Program-made: the position numbers and the translations under genes
Assembly: GCA_016748015.1 (NCBI GenBank)
Contig: JAAOMT010000741.1
Coordinates: 518,462-582,461 of the forward strand
Direction of reading: 5' to 3'
Length of the DNA stretch: 64,000 nt
Source of the DNA: Geosiphon pyriformis uo1
Taxonomy: Eukaryota; Fungi; Glomeromycota
Notes under the pieces: generated by a model
The model's database searches: none
What the model was told of the DNA's origin: nothing
What the model saw: the letters and a program-made list of their open reading frames with translations, nothing else
Part shown: positions 24,830 through 39,041 of the stretch, one piece after another
How positions within the stretch are numbered: position 1 is the first letter of the stretch
Layout: every line of letters starts with the position of its first letter

Positions 24830-26180
24830 ATTTTACATATTAATATTCAAAAAAAAAAATTTAATTTTAAACAAAAATGAAGCTTAATAATAGTTAAAAT
24901 GTTTTTTCAAAATAAAAAAAATTATAAAGTATATATTTAAATTTATATAATTTTTTGTTATAAAAAATATGCATATTTATTTTATTAAAACAAAAAATCA
25001 TTGTTTTGCTAATAATATACAATTAAAATTTTTTTTAATAATAAACGAAATATTGTCAAAATTTTTTTTAATTAATATAAATTTTAAAATATTTAATTCA
25101 GTTTAACGAATGAGGTCCAATCACTATTTAATACAATAAAACAACAATAACAACAACAATCGAGTATTCTAAATTAAATGTGACTTTTTTTTTACATATG
25201 ACCATATTTAATTATTTTAAAGATTTTTTTTTAATTAAGTTTTTTTTCAAATAACACATTAAAAATAGTTTTAATATTATTACAAAACTATTATTTTTTA
25301 AACCAGTTTTTTCTTTTTAATAATAATAATAATAACAATATTAAAACTTTAAACTATTTAATTTTTAATTACAAAATGTTTTTATTTTTTTATTTAAAAT
25401 TTTTATTTAAATTTATTGTTAATTTTAAGATTTTTGAATCTTATTTTACTAAAGTAAGTTTTTAAGTTAAAGTTAATGTTTTTTTGGTCTTTTTATTCAT
25501 TATTAGTATTGTTAATTTTGCAATTAACTTTTTTAAAATTTGAATTGATTAAGTTAGTATTATTAATTAAGTATATTATTAAACTTATTGGTTTTTTGTT
25601 TTTTTTAAGTTGGTTTATATTTTTTTTGTGAATATTAAAATAAAAAAAGATTTTTTATAATTAAAGATATAAGTAAAAAAATTATTAATTTTAAGATAAA
25701 ATATAACATAAATAATTTATTTAATAATAATTAACAATAATTTAAGTTTTGTTGTTAATAAGAAAAATTTTGTTAAGTTAATGGTATTTTAAAAACTATA
25801 AACTTTTAATATTAAATCTGATACAAATAAAACTGCTACATAATTAACTGGTTTAATTTCTAATAATAAAAATTTAGTTGCTATTATGCAAAAGATGGCT
25901 GTTTAAGTAAGTTTGCTTTTGTAAATTCAATTTAATTTAGTTTTAACTGGCTTAAATGGCTAATTACCATGTAAATTACAGCTAATTTAAAAACATTCTT
26001 TTGTTTTATTGTATTAATTAGTGATTGGGCTACACTTTGTTAAAGCAAATAATAAAAAAATCTTTTCACAATATTTGTATATCTTGTTTTTTGGTAAATG
26101 ATTCAAGCAAAAGTAAAATTTTATAAAATCCAAATTCTATTTTAAAAACATTCATTTTTTATGAAAAATAAAAAATTATT
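24830..26180. mobile_element. AT-rich relic, probably a decayed transposon fragment
   Basis: Very low GC with residual coding-like text (NIKSDTNKTAT*LTGLISNNKNLVAIMQKMA, about 25810-25900); no diagnostic motif. Confidence 0.3.
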
Positions 26181-26406
26181 ACGAGGCAATAAACACTCAA
26201 TTATTATTATATTGAGTATTGAATCTTGGAATCTTTGGTTAGTCTAATATTCACTTGTTAAAGTATGCCCCCCGAGAGTTCAACCAAAGTCATCAGGTTG
26301 ATAATTCAGTCGGATAATTTTATATTGAAGTAGGCCTCGAATTTATAAAATTTTCAAATGATAAAGTGGCAGGAATCTGAGAAACCCCGCATTATAATAT
26401 GAATTA

Positions 26407-29312
26407 TTATTGGGTTTCCTCCTCTTCCTCTTCCCCCGTGGTATCCGCAAGAACCGGAACTGGCTGTGTATTCTGGTAAGCTGCAAAAAATTGTGAAGTT
26501 CATTAAAATTAGGGAAAGGGATTCTGAAGTTATACTTCACCCGATACATACCAGATGAAATCCATTTGGGATCATCTATGTAACATTAAATTAAAATATT
26601 AGGGACTAAAATTTTGTACCATAAAAAACAATATTAATAGAAAAATTGCATACGTTGTGAGATCTCAGCAAATTTTAGCAACGCTTCCCTTGGATCATCA
26701 TCTAAGAGTTGAAAAAATGTCCTCAAAGTTAAAATGATTCTAAATCTATCGGGAACAAAATTAGATTGTTGAATACCTCTAGTAGTGTCCTTGATTATGT
26801 CTTTCATAATGTGTTGTGTCAGACTACTACCAATCTTTCCACCTTTTCCAGGACCGTTAACAGGTAGATCTGGAAGCAAAAATCATAATAATTCTATCAA
26901 ATGACTCGGCCCGTGTAAGAGGATATGCAGATTCAGGATCTAACCTGGTCTCCGCGAAGCAATAGGATCCTTTCGAAGCTTCTCTCGTTTTCGCTTTGTA
27001 CTCTTGGGTCTATCATCCCGAAATAGAGCCAAGGAGTGCGGGGCAATAATTGGACGATCAATTTCATAATCATCTACTGCTCTTTTCTTCGGTTCTTTGA
27101 CCACGCAAAGTTTTGCACCACGCACACTTACACTAGGATCATAAAAGACATGGATGGAACCATCACTGCTTCCTGTAATTATCTAATTTAAAGATAACTA
27201 ATATTAAAGTCAAGGTAGGCTGAATAATCATATTAAAATGGTGACTACTATACCTGATTTATCTTGGAATGCCATAATACCCGTATCACGCTTGATTTGG
27301 TTATGCCTTGAAGTAATGAAAAAGATCAAGATCAAAATATAAACGAAATAATGAAGTCTAAAAATAATTTTGCTACTTACTCATAGTTCGCACAATTTCT
27401 AAGGTGTCACGTTCCAACATTACTAATTTGCCGTATCCTTCACCTTTTTTAACAGCCGTTCCTATTGAGGACAATTATTTTAGAATACAGACGATATGCA
27501 AACATGAAAATGATCATAAAATACCAGTAATAATTAACCGCTCGTCTGGGCTAAATATCGCATTTGTCTCAGCATTAAAAGTTGGTAACTCATTGGCAAA
27601 TTTGACGGGACTTTTAAAATTTCTAACGTCCCAAACTAATCATAAAAGTATCAGATAAGAATCTCAGAAAATAAAACATATGAATACTTAATGAGCTAAC
27701 CTTTAACAGTATCATCTCCTCCCCTTGAAACTAAAGTCCAATTATTTCGAGAAAATACGATAGAGGATGTCTCACTGTATGGTGAATGAGCTCGTTCTAT
27801 AATCTTCAAACATAAAAATTAGCAATTTTCTGGGGGAAAACCAGGAGTTAAGTAAATATATATAAATCTCACATGGGAAGGACGTGCAAAAGGACCATTT
27901 GCTGGCCAAAGACATAGGTTCCCATCTTGTGCGGCTATAAAAAAAATAGATGAATGACCATTTATTAAAAAAAATTAAAGATTTCCTTTCATCATCTACC
28001 TGCTGCAATCATTTTTCCGTCAGGACTATAAGCAGCTGCCGTGACAATCGTTCTGCCACCACGTTCTTTTGTTTTGAACACGATAACTTGCTTTTGCTTC
28101 CGCTTATTTTCAACGTCCCATAGCCTGTTGCAAAAAATTCATTTTAATTAAAGTTTCCAAATTGGTATTATGATTGGAATCGAATCACCTTACCTTATCG
28201 TGCTGTCAGCAGATCCCGTGAAAAAACAGCTTTTGTCGTTGGGATGCCAGCCTCCGGCTGTTAATGTAGCCACATGACCACTATAAATATATATATAAAT
28301 AGAGCGTTATTAGTTGATTTATCGATTTAAAAGCAGGTTTATAAAACAGAGATCTAAACCTTGTATTTCGCATGTCACGTATATAGGGGTCCCCTTTGAT
28401 GTATTCCTCTCTAAAAACGATATGTTCATAAACATAAAAATTATTGATTTTTTTAATTGAATATTATCATTCATCTTACATTTCAAATCCATCACGATCA
28501 TATAACTTCGGTCTTGCTGAACCAGATATAATCAAAAACTGGTCACCGCTTAGGCTATATTCGACATGATGAATCTTTGAAACAACAATGGTTGATGAGC
28601 TGCCAGATAAAATGAGAATACCAAAACAGAAACATACTTGGTGATCGCCACAAGGACGAAGGCTACGAAAAGGACGCATTGTAGAATCCATTCCGGCAAA
28701 ATCCCAAAACTTGACATCATAATCGGCACTTCCACTTATAAGTCGAGCTCCGGCGGGGTCAAGCCCTAAAGCAGTAACACTCTAGAATAAAAAATAATTA
28801 GTTTAAAAAGTTGAATACATCCAATTACAAGTCAGCAGACCTTATAATGATCGTTCAATTTGATTTCGTGAGAGATAGGCAAGGAGCTATCTAAGAAGTC
28901 CTCTTCCTCAATAGTCTCCTCCTCCTCCGTCTCATCGTCATCACTATCGTCGCGGGGGCGCACTTTGACCGAGTTCTGGTCACTAGCTGTTTTAACACGT
29001 TTACCTTTTGCCGGAAAACTAGTCCCAAGAGAGGTGTTTATCGAAGCACTCTAACCCAAGTTGCACTGAAGTTTTAGCCATATTTCAGCTAAAAAAATCC
29101 ATGATCTCTGACAAAGCAAAAGAAATTCCAACAGAGTTGTAAAAAAAAGCAGGTGAGACAACCTCATCCTCTTTTCGCCGTGTTCTTGCAAAAACTTCAG
29201 CAGAAACGCTTGTTTTCTTTTTCGCCCCAAATGACATGGGTAGCATGCCCCTTAGTGTTTCCAGACCCTGGTCCACCTCTTCAAGTTCTTTTGGATCTTC
29301 AGGTTCTTCCAT
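26407..29312 (-). CDS. WDR70: WD40 repeat protein WDR70 homolog, multi-exon
   Basis: MLPMSFG, LPISHEIKL, LDPAGARLISGSADYDVKFWDFAGMD, YIRDMRNT-GHVA, GPGKGGKIG, DPREALLKFA. Confidence 0.9.
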
Positions 29313-29582
29313 AGTAGACAGATTGACTCCAAAAGTTTTGCCAAACATGAATTTTGGTACTTTGTCTAAATTTTTTCTAGGCTGTTAGCCAGAGGAATTT
29401 GATTTTTTGGTTAGTAAAAAGTTAAAAAAAGTTCTAAAGAAGGGACTCACAAAAGATATAAGTGAGGATGTCAAGTAATGATGTTGTTGTTAGGCAAAAT
29501 ATGATTGGTTAGTGATTTTGCTTGATACGAAATTACCAGAATATGAGTTAAAAGTCAAAATTCAGATGTGAATTTCTTGATA

Positions 29583-30256
29583 ATGTCACTTCAAGCACGG
29601 TTGGAGGCCGCCACGAACGAATTTCAAAAAGTACAAAAAGGTTGTAAACAAGAGAAAATAATCCTGAAAGTCGAATCATGGATTGCTTAGCCAAATTTAT
29701 TCCATAAACTCTAGACCTCTCAAACGCAATAGAAGCTAGGCAACGTTTGGACTCTCAGCTCCAAGAGAATGAAATTGTCGAAAAGGTAGATCAACTCAAA
29801 ATTTCCCTTATGATCAAGGTTAAGAGAAATTTCGATTTTAGGAGTTTAACGCACTTCAAGACGATTCCAACATTTATAAATTAATTGGACCTGTGCTAGT
29901 GAAAGAAGAAAAGGCTGAGGCTGTGTTGAATGTTTCTAAACGGCTGGAGTACATTCGAAATGAAATGTGTGTTTGATTTAAAAGTGCAACTACATTTATT
30001 TCTATTTAGATTATATATCATTGATTTATTTACAAATTTCTCTTAAACAGAAAACGTGTCGAAACTCAACTAACCGACTTGACAAAAAAATCCGAGTTAA
30101 AGAAACAAGAGGCATATATCATTTATTAAGATTATACCTGAAAGGTTAACAAAAATACTGTGATTTATCGCTCATATTTCCTTTTTTGATCAAATCTGAA
30201 AGGTGGTAAAACTTCAAAGCGAGTATCAACAAATCGCTCAAGCAAAGCTCAAATAA
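29583..30256 (+). CDS. YKE2: Prefoldin subunit 6 (Yke2/PFDN6), 5 exons; not in the ORF track
   Basis: Spliced MSLQARLEAATNEFQKVQK|DLSNAIEARQRLDSQLQENEIVEK|EFNALQDDSNIYKLIGPVLVKEEKAEAVLNVSKRLEYIRNEI|KRVETQLTDL...; last intron GC-AG. Confidence 0.93.
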
Positions 30257-30367
30257 TAACGCGATTCAAATTAAACGCAAAAAATTCAACTAACCTCGAT
30301 GGATTGATCCAAGAGGAATCGTTTTATTGAATTTTAAAGGCAAGAATGCATCAAGAATTTAAATACA

Positions 30368-32891
30368 TTAAAAAAAATTTTCTAGTTCTTTTTTGTTGAG
30401 TTTGCCCATTGGATTTCTTGGAAGCTCATTTTTATATACTTTTAAGATGGTGGGTATTTTGTATGAAGCTAATCGCTGACGTGCGAATTCTCGTATTGCA
30501 GCAAGATCCAAATTTGTATTCTTGCATAAATAGCTTAGATTTAGTCTGTGTCCCATAATTACATTAGAAGAATGATATTACTTTTATGCCTTACTTGGTC
30601 CTTCGGAACGATAATAGCACCGACTCGCTGACCCCAGTCTTGATCATCAATACCTAGAACTGCAACTTCCATTATATCTGGGTGAGCACCAAGCTCATGC
30701 TCTACTTCTATCGCCGATATCTTGTATCCTCCCGACTTAAGATAATTGCGATATATTAAACGACAGTCCGTGAAAGCAAGCGGAAGGATTATTCTTTAAA
30801 ATTGGCACCTTAATTATATCTACACTTTTTCTCCCAAGAATCTTGAATTGGTGGTGAACAGGAGTACGTAGAGCGATATCACCTGTTTTAAACCTTGGTA
30901 AAATAGAAGCTATTATCAATTGGGAATTTTTTCAATACTATACAAACACAAAGTACCATCCATCCTCAGTAAACTCTTTCATGGTAGCTTCTGGACGGTT
31001 CCAGTATCTTAATCACAAAAAATCAAGTTAGTTTTGGGATATTGAGTTGATATAAAACCAATTTAACAGTCACTTTACTCTTTGAAAACGTTGGAACCTT
31101 TGACTTGAATCTCGCCTGGCTCTTCAATCTTATTAGTTACGTCAGTACCGTCTTCTGCAATCAATCTGATTTGCACACCAGGTAATGGGACACCTACGCA
31201 ACCCTGCAGATTGCAAAATAACCCTTAGCCATCAGCAAGCATCTGGGCAAAGAAGACTGACTTGCCGTAATTCTTTTTTCAATTTCATATCCACCGCTCA
31301 ATGCCATGCCAATTTCGGTCAATCCATAACGTTCCAGCAACACTTGACCACTAATATCAATCCATGCATTTAAAAGTGGAACAGGCAATGCTGCTGACCC
31401 AGAAATCATTACTCGGAATTGCGAACACGCCCTTGTGGCATCTTGTTGTTGAGAAGGTGTCAATTTTGTTTGATAATAGTCAACCAATTTCGCTGTTTTA
31501 AATAAAATTAAAATAGGGTCATTGAAGATGATCAAATCGAACTATCGTCATAAGATAGATGGCGTTTTGTACAATATATAGTGGGGACGGCCATAAAGAG
31601 TGACAGATCTCGTTTTTGATCCATGAAACGATTCCAAACGTCTTGAGGATTAAATTTGGGAAGCATTTCGACGGTCGCCCCCGAATAGAGGGCACAAGTG
31701 AGAGCCTAAATCGTAAAGAAGTTTCATACTCTAAATATGATATAGGTTTTAAATCGCGCTCGGAAAGTGTTACATACGTTCAGAATTCCCTGAAAAACTT
31801 CAAATCAGGAAAATATTGATAAAAAACCTTAAAAACTGCAACGGACTTACATGCATGTGATGCAGTGGTAAAACATGCAAAATCTTGTCATTTGAGCTCC
31901 ATCTCCACCTATCCACCAGACTTTTCACTTGGGCTTCAATGTTGGAATGCGTTGATACCACACCTTTGGGTTTACCTATATAGTCATTTGTGTTATTCAC
32001 GCCAATAAAAGACAAATCAATTGTCCAAGAGAACCTGTAGTGCCACTAGTATATATAATCATGGCACGACGCGTCAGATCCATCGGGAACATTGAGGAAT
32101 CCTAAAATATCAATTGTTGGGTTGTTAATATGATTACTGCTTGGGATCAATCACAATTTCCTCCTTGCAAAATGAACTTTCCTCAAATTCTTCGAGGGTC
32201 GAAGGGTTCTCTCTCATAATAATACTCTTAATCTGTGAAAACCTAGCAACATCTCTTGCTTTCTCATACAACTCTGAATTCGTAACCAAAATTTCTGCAG
32301 CTGAATCCTTCAGCGTATAGAGAATTTCAGCTGAGGGATGCGAAATGCATAATGGTACTGCGACACCACCGGCAGCCCATGTGGCCCATTGAGCCACTAC
32401 ATAGTCATATCCACTGGGACATAGAATTGCTACGCGTGCTTCCCCCAAATCTTTTTTAATGAAGGTGCCTTTTGAATTACTAGCATTAAGAAGTGTATTT
32501 CTAAAAATTGTCGTGTCACGAATTAGATCAGAGTAAGAATGTGAGGCGCCTTTATTTGTATCTATTATCGCCGGGTGTGTCTTTGGCTTTATTTTTGCGT
32601 GAACTACAGCTTGTCTGAAGATCGGTAGCGAAGGTAATGAAAGGACTGAAAAAAATAGTAGCAAGGATTTTTTGGCAATTAATAAATAGAAAAGTAATTC
32701 ATGTGTACGAATGCAGCATAGAAGTTATAACGCGAGCACATAAAGCTTGCTTTACTTTGATGCTGTTGACTAAGATCTGACGAAATGGAGAATTTCTTTA
32801 CATAATTGCTATATACGTGCTTTCTCCTCAAAAAGTTTAGACGCTTAAAGTTATCAAAAAGACACTGATTATAAAATGTCAAGCTAAACAT
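30368..32891 (-). CDS. ACSF3: ACSF3/MatB-like malonyl-CoA synthetase with probable mitochondrial presequence
   Basis: IYTSGTTGKPKGV, LHVLPLHHMH, ISGSAALP, LLERYGLTEIGM, FKTGD, ILGRKSVDIIK-SGGYKISA, LPRNPMGKLNKK. Confidence 0.85.
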
Positions 32892-33009
32892 GTTTAATGG
32901 GTGTAGTCGAGGAGAGGGCTAATGATTTTATTCAGATTATTGGAAATCCCAGATTGATACGTGACTTTTTTTTAAATGTATATAATGCTAGAAAAAAGCA
33001 CTCCTGATG

Positions 33010-33109
33010 TCCTCACTTATTAAAATTGGAACGATACAGAGAAGATTCTGCACAAGGATGACACGTTCAATCTTGAGTGGATAGTTGCCTTTAGCAACAA
33101 AGTTTTTTT
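33010..33109 (+). ncRNA. U6 snRNA-derived copy (variant or pseudogene) with a 10-nt internal deletion
   Basis: TAAAATTGGAACGATACAGAGAAGATT (33021-33047) joined directly to CTGCACAAGGATGACACG (33048-33065); canonical U6 has AGCATGGCCC between them. Confidence 0.85.
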
Positions 33110-33355
33110 AAAATATTTCAAAAATTATAAACTTGATTGTGCAACCTTGTGCTCTTTTTACGTTATACCATATTTGATTTCGTTAGAAGAGGGCAATTGG
33201 ATAATGGAGGATAAACTCAATAAAAGTTGCAAAACAAGAGGCAAATTACCTGTTAAAAGTATTTAGTTCAAAGAGTTTATTACAGACTGGCGATTGCACA
33301 GTAAAATTATAAAACAAATTTACAACTATATTATCAAAATGTTTCCGATCTTCGA

Positions 33356-36300
33356 TTAGCAAAATGGGCATCCTTCCTTTTGTCTCTCTTTCACCTTAAA
33401 ACAAAAGCTTCGATCAAGGTGTTTACAATTTGGAAATGGCACCAATACAAGAACGCGGCATGCGGTAGTGCACCAAGGGGAGGAGCATATTTCCTCGCAC
33501 TAAAATGATTTCAAATTTTAAGGATATTTCTTGATAAAAAAATAATAGTCTGAAAAAAAAAATACCGTATGTCCACACTTCAACTTTTTGGCGCATTTTT
33601 CTGCGCAACGGAATTTTTCGGCTTGCTGTTTACAGGGTATTTCTTTGGTGTGCCCACATTCAGGTGTGAATTGAACTGAAACTTCACAAGGCTCGCAACT
33701 ATCTCGACATTCCTTTGGACACTGATGTCCGCATGGAAGAGTCCGTATACAAGGTTCCTAAAAAATATCGCACAGATATTCAATAGAGGAACTTATAATG
33801 GTTAACAGATTGAGTAGAACATACCCAGCATTTAACTTGATCATGTGGAAATATGTGGCAATCCCGAGGACATATCTTTGATCGATATTAAAAAATTGAG
33901 TAAAAATTTAGAATCATAAATTCGATGGAGAAAGCTATGCTTACATGTCCGCACTCCATGATTTTACCACATTTTCTGGTACAGCCACCTTCAGGGGGAA
34001 ATTGCCCAGCCCAGCTTACTTTTGTTATGACAGGAGAACTCGGAGTCGAGTGCTTTTGACAATACAAAGTTAATTCCTTTCCGACTGACTTTTTTTCTTC
34101 AAGTATTAATAATACATCTCTCCAAAGTTCCGATTTTTCGGCTAGTTGTCCGGCATTTCCGAATATGTACATACCATGTTTGGCTCTGGAAAGGGCAACG
34201 CACACTTTGAACGCGAGGAAGTTTGTTTTATCAGCCAATGAAATCCAACTTCACAAGGAAATAAGCAACACATGATTTTAACAAAGTTACATGCCTCTAT
34301 TGCTCACACTCAAAAATCCTATCCTTCTTTGAGCGCTGCTTCTTACTAACGACAAAATGATTATATCATTTTCTTCCCCTTGAAAGCCGTCCACCGAGGA
34401 AACTTTAATTAACTTGAGGGTGCTGATAGACTTAGATGACTCTTCCCGTAACAACTTCAGAATTCTCTTCCGTTGACCGGTATACATTGTTAATATAGTT
34501 CTATAAGGATTTTTGCTAATTAATTAAATGCTCAACAGAAAACGGTTCACGAGATGAAAAGTATCAAAGACTATGAACTTACATTCGTTGAGCTTCGTAT
34601 CCACCTTTTACAAGATAACTAGCCAGTTTGGCACACATTAGAGCTTCAAACTCGTTAATCTTGGTTTTGGTGTCCTGAACATTCGTTTCCGCCTCTTGAT
34701 GATCAAGGAAATACAAGTTATCTAGCATTCCCTTTACGTTGGGGTAGATCTTGACCTTTTCGGCGTCAGTGATCAAGGTCTTGTAGATAGGCCGTAATAA
34801 TTCTCGTATTGCCGGTCGCATACGGCGTTGTTCAGACAATTGACTAAAGTATAGAAAGCGGGTGAGGCGTTCAAATAGAGATACGTCTAATCGCTGGAAA
34901 ATATGTTTAGTAATTTTTTAGCAAATTATCATCTTGAAACCAAATGTATTAAATTAATCTTGAGAATATTTTTTACATGTTTGATAGCCAATTCCTGAAC
35001 CGCCGTACTGGGCCGCAGCTGTTCATGATCCCTGATATTGGGTATGTGATCATTCAAGCATGGGAATTTTAGCAATTAAATTTCACACAAGCCACCTATT
35101 AAGCTTTCATTACCTACCCGATCAAGATTAAGTGCTGTGTTGCGGGTGAAAGTGATGTCACAATGTGGGCCTCTAAAGTTTCAGCGGCCTCCTCAATCAT
35201 GATAATTTTGGGCTTCAAATTGACGAGTAGAACATGATTTTTTGCCTATGTGAAAATAGACAAAATTTTTATTCTGTTATAGAGTTATGCACCTCGATTA
35301 AAAATCAAGAATATTTGATTCGTACCGCAGCAGTTGTAGTCATCCCAACAATTCTCGCGGTTCGTAAAATCATGATATCTTCGCGCACTCTTTGCATTTT
35401 AATCTCTGCGGAAATTTTGGTGTATTTTTTATTTAAACTCTTTAACTCATCTTGAGCTACTTCCAATATTTTTTGTCTCCACTTATTGTGAATCGCGGCA
35501 CGTACGTGCAGAGGAATTGCCCAAACATCGTCGTAATCGAGATATTTCTTAACTTCTTCTTCAGTGACATAGGTACTGGTACTATCGACAAATTCCTCAC
35601 TTCTCAATAAACCAAATTCTCCTTTAAGCTTTTCTCCTTCATCTCTAGATTCCACGTCTTGAAATTCAGCATCCATTTCTTCGATAATCTCTTCATCAAC
35701 CTCGGTCGGGTCATCCTCGGGATCGGGAATACGACCTTCGATATCAAGCTGAGAAAGTTGATGTTCCAAAAAATCATGAGTTGACGAGTGTGTGACGATT
35801 ACTTGATCAAGCCATTCTCGGATGAACGCACGCTCAGATTCCTCATCATCACCGTAATTCTTTGAAGTATGCCAGTCATCTTGTTGTAAACTAGAAAGCT
35901 GAGTTTCATTGAGAAGACCATTTTCTTTGACAAAAGCCAATGTGACGCAGGGACTTTTAATCTGTTCGCAAAGCCCCATCATCCGATTTTCAATCTGGTC
36001 CTTTTCTCGGAACAAGTTCCGGAGTTTAGGGTTATGAAAATTTTTTGGATCCGATTCTTTTAAATCTTTTCTGATTTGGTACAAAGTCCGGGGAATGATT
36101 TTTTCTGATTTTGAGCGTGAACCTAACCTTATGATATTCTCCTCAAATTCTTGAATACCTAAGTTCCATTGAATAAATTAATGAATATGAAGAGCAATTA
36201 AGAGGATGACATTAAAAGAAGTACCTTCTAGGAACTGATCCAAGGCATGATTGGTTTGGCATGCAATAATCATTAGTCCGGGCATGTTTTCGGTCAGTAA

Positions 36301-39041
36301 ACGAATTGCTTGAAGCCCAACGTATGTTTTTCCGGTTCCTGGTGGGCCTTGAACCAGGGCAATACGTTTGGTGATCATGCATTGTAGAGCATTGTATTGT
36401 GATGAATGAAAGCTTGTATGCAGTCTATCAAAATCCGGCCAACCATCTCGAACATTTATCTGAGAAAAATTTCAATAAATATTTGAGCTTAAAAATATTT
36501 GTCCTCACATCAAACTTGCTATCAAAATGTAAAATATTCAAGCATTCAAATAATAATAATAATTTGACAAATTATTGAAAGCAAATTTACATGCGTCTGA
36601 ACTATGAATGAGAATGAAAATTATAGAATACCCGCGATGTGCCCCATGTATCGCACAAATTTTTTATTGCATCTGCGTTTTTGAACTCATAGACAGGATG
36701 GCGATGGATTAGATACTCGGGCTGCTCTATTCTGTAATCCCGATCGACTAGATGGGATTTGAATGGAAGCGTTTCTGGATCTAATTCTTGCAGCACGGTT
36801 AGCACATGACGATAGGCTGGTTTGAAAAAGAAAATATGATTGATTAAAATGTAAATAAAAAACAAGGTTTGATCAACTCCAAAATTTACCCTCAAAATAA
36901 GAGGAAGTCGCTTCAATCTACAAATTATATGATCATGTAAGAAAGAGTATTACACGTGAAAGATGGCGTGTGAAGAAATAAGTTTAATATCTACCATTAT
37001 GTAACCTTCCCCCCAAACAAATTCGACATCTTCATTCCGTAGAAGGACATCAATTTGAAGATCAAACTTCTTATCCAATTGTATTAACGGTCTATTGACG
37101 ACAGTGCCAATTATCATTGTTTTAAAATTGTCATTGGTAAAGACAACCAAAGTCCCTGAAATCAATCGCTTGCTTTGGGCCCTGAGAGCAAGAAAATTTC
37201 GATTTTTATTAAAATGGTGATTTTTTAAAAATGTGAAAAATATCAGTGATATAAATTTTTTGGCATAATCTGAATTACCAAGCAACTCTTTCACCAAAAG
37301 GTGTTCTGAATGAGATACGGTGAATGACTCCCATGATAGCAAATGTAACTCCAACAATTTGAACCTGAATTCCAAAGCAAAACTTGTCATGACTTGAACA
37401 TTTTGAGCGTAGTTAACGATAACTCAACATACATGCTCATATATGCGAATGTCGGAAATATCAGATTCAGTGGGGTCATCAATATTTTCGTCAGGCTCAG
37501 GTTCACGCAGTTTTTTAATGCCCTCACGTAGCGGGCGTATACAATCTTCTCGCAGCAATCGGAAATGTGTCTCCAAATATTGATCCACGTTTTCGTAAGC
37601 CTCGTCTAGTTTATTATCGGGAAGATCTTGTGGTCGAGGCTGTAATAATTCATATTGTGTAGGTATAATCGGTATTGAGCGAAAGCCAGTCTTTGGGGGT
37701 TTTTCAATGTTCATCAATTCTGGTAGCTTTAGCGGTTTTTTAAATTCCTGCCTTGAAGAATCCCGAGAAGTGGCACTTGACCCATCATTTCCATGTTTTT
37801 TTTCACCTTTTTTGCGGCTGTTGACCACTTTACTAGAAGTTAACCCACCAGCGTCTTTATAATTTAGATTTTGTTTTGACGATGATGCTTTCCCAAGATC
37901 TTCCGTTGCTTTTGAAACTTTGGAACTGTTGTATTGATCGTCTAGATTGCTGAATTTGGACGAAGCAGGTTTAAGAGGCTCTTTCATTTCATTCTTTTTG
38001 GGGGTATTTGAATTGAGGTTTCTATTTAAAGCACCAAATGGATTGCTTTGTGACCAATTGTTTTTGTCACTTGAGGTGATCTTCGATGAAGTAGACGTTT
38101 TTTGAGCCATTGGGCCCCAAGAGCTTACGAGCTCTTTCGATATATTTTGAGAATTCCATGAGATTTTTTGCTCAAACTTTATATCTTGACCTACGGAGGC
38201 TATCGGCCACTCTGCCATCTTATCTTCAACCGATCTTTGATCCCACGAAGAGAATTTATTTGAATTGGTTCCAGAGTTTTTTTTTGGTTCTGAATTATTC
38301 CACAGAGCGGATTGATTTTTAGCTACTCGCGTCCAAGATTTGGAATCATCAAATTGATCATCTAAATTAGTAGTCTCTTGAACACGGGTAGTTTGTGGCT
38401 TCCATGATGTATCCTTTTGTACGAGGCTAACAGAATGGGGCATTTGTTTCTTCGATGACTGGGAGGTAACCCAAGAATATCTGTTTGGGTCTTGAGAGGT
38501 TGTTGTTTGTAAGTTCTGTGTCCAGGCATCATGATCTCGAATTTTCTGCACAGAAGTTGAAGCCAACGATACCGATTCATGTAATTGTCGCTCTGAAGAA
38601 TTTTCTCGCAAAGGCTGTTTCCTGATATTGGCATTTTCACCCATTTCATTAATTCTTGAGGCCAATGTCACAGATTCTCTTGATTGTAAACCAGGATTAT
38701 TTGTTTTCTTTTTGTGAGAGTTTATAGGCTCCCATTCTGACGTTTTTTCCTGCAAACTCTGTGCCCAGGTAATGTTATTTTCACTTGTGAAGTCAGGGGC
38801 ATTTCCCCAAGAATTTCCCTCCTGAGAGTTTCCTTTTTCTGACAAAGAAGCTGTTTGATTCCCTGATACTTGAACCGAAAACCTGAAATCTTCGTCCTCA
38901 ATCCCCCACTTTTTGGAACCCGTGTTGGCTGCGAGTTATGGAAATTCACCATAAAAACAATGAAAGTTATCCAGGGAGTAGGGTTAACAAAACCTGCAGT
39001 TATTATATACCTTTTGATGTTGACTTTTTTCGAGAGCTCAT
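33356..39041 (-). CDS. ZNFX1: ZNFX1-like SF1 (UPF1-like) RNA helicase with C-terminal NFX1-type zinc fingers
   Basis: [89 protein letters not shown] repeats. Short first exon [10 protein letters not shown] at 39041. Confidence 0.9.

Noticed and set aside
33516-33530. ATATCCTT resembling a U12-type AT-AC donor in ZNFX1
   Set aside because: Lies inside an ordinary GT-AG intron that already restores the frame.
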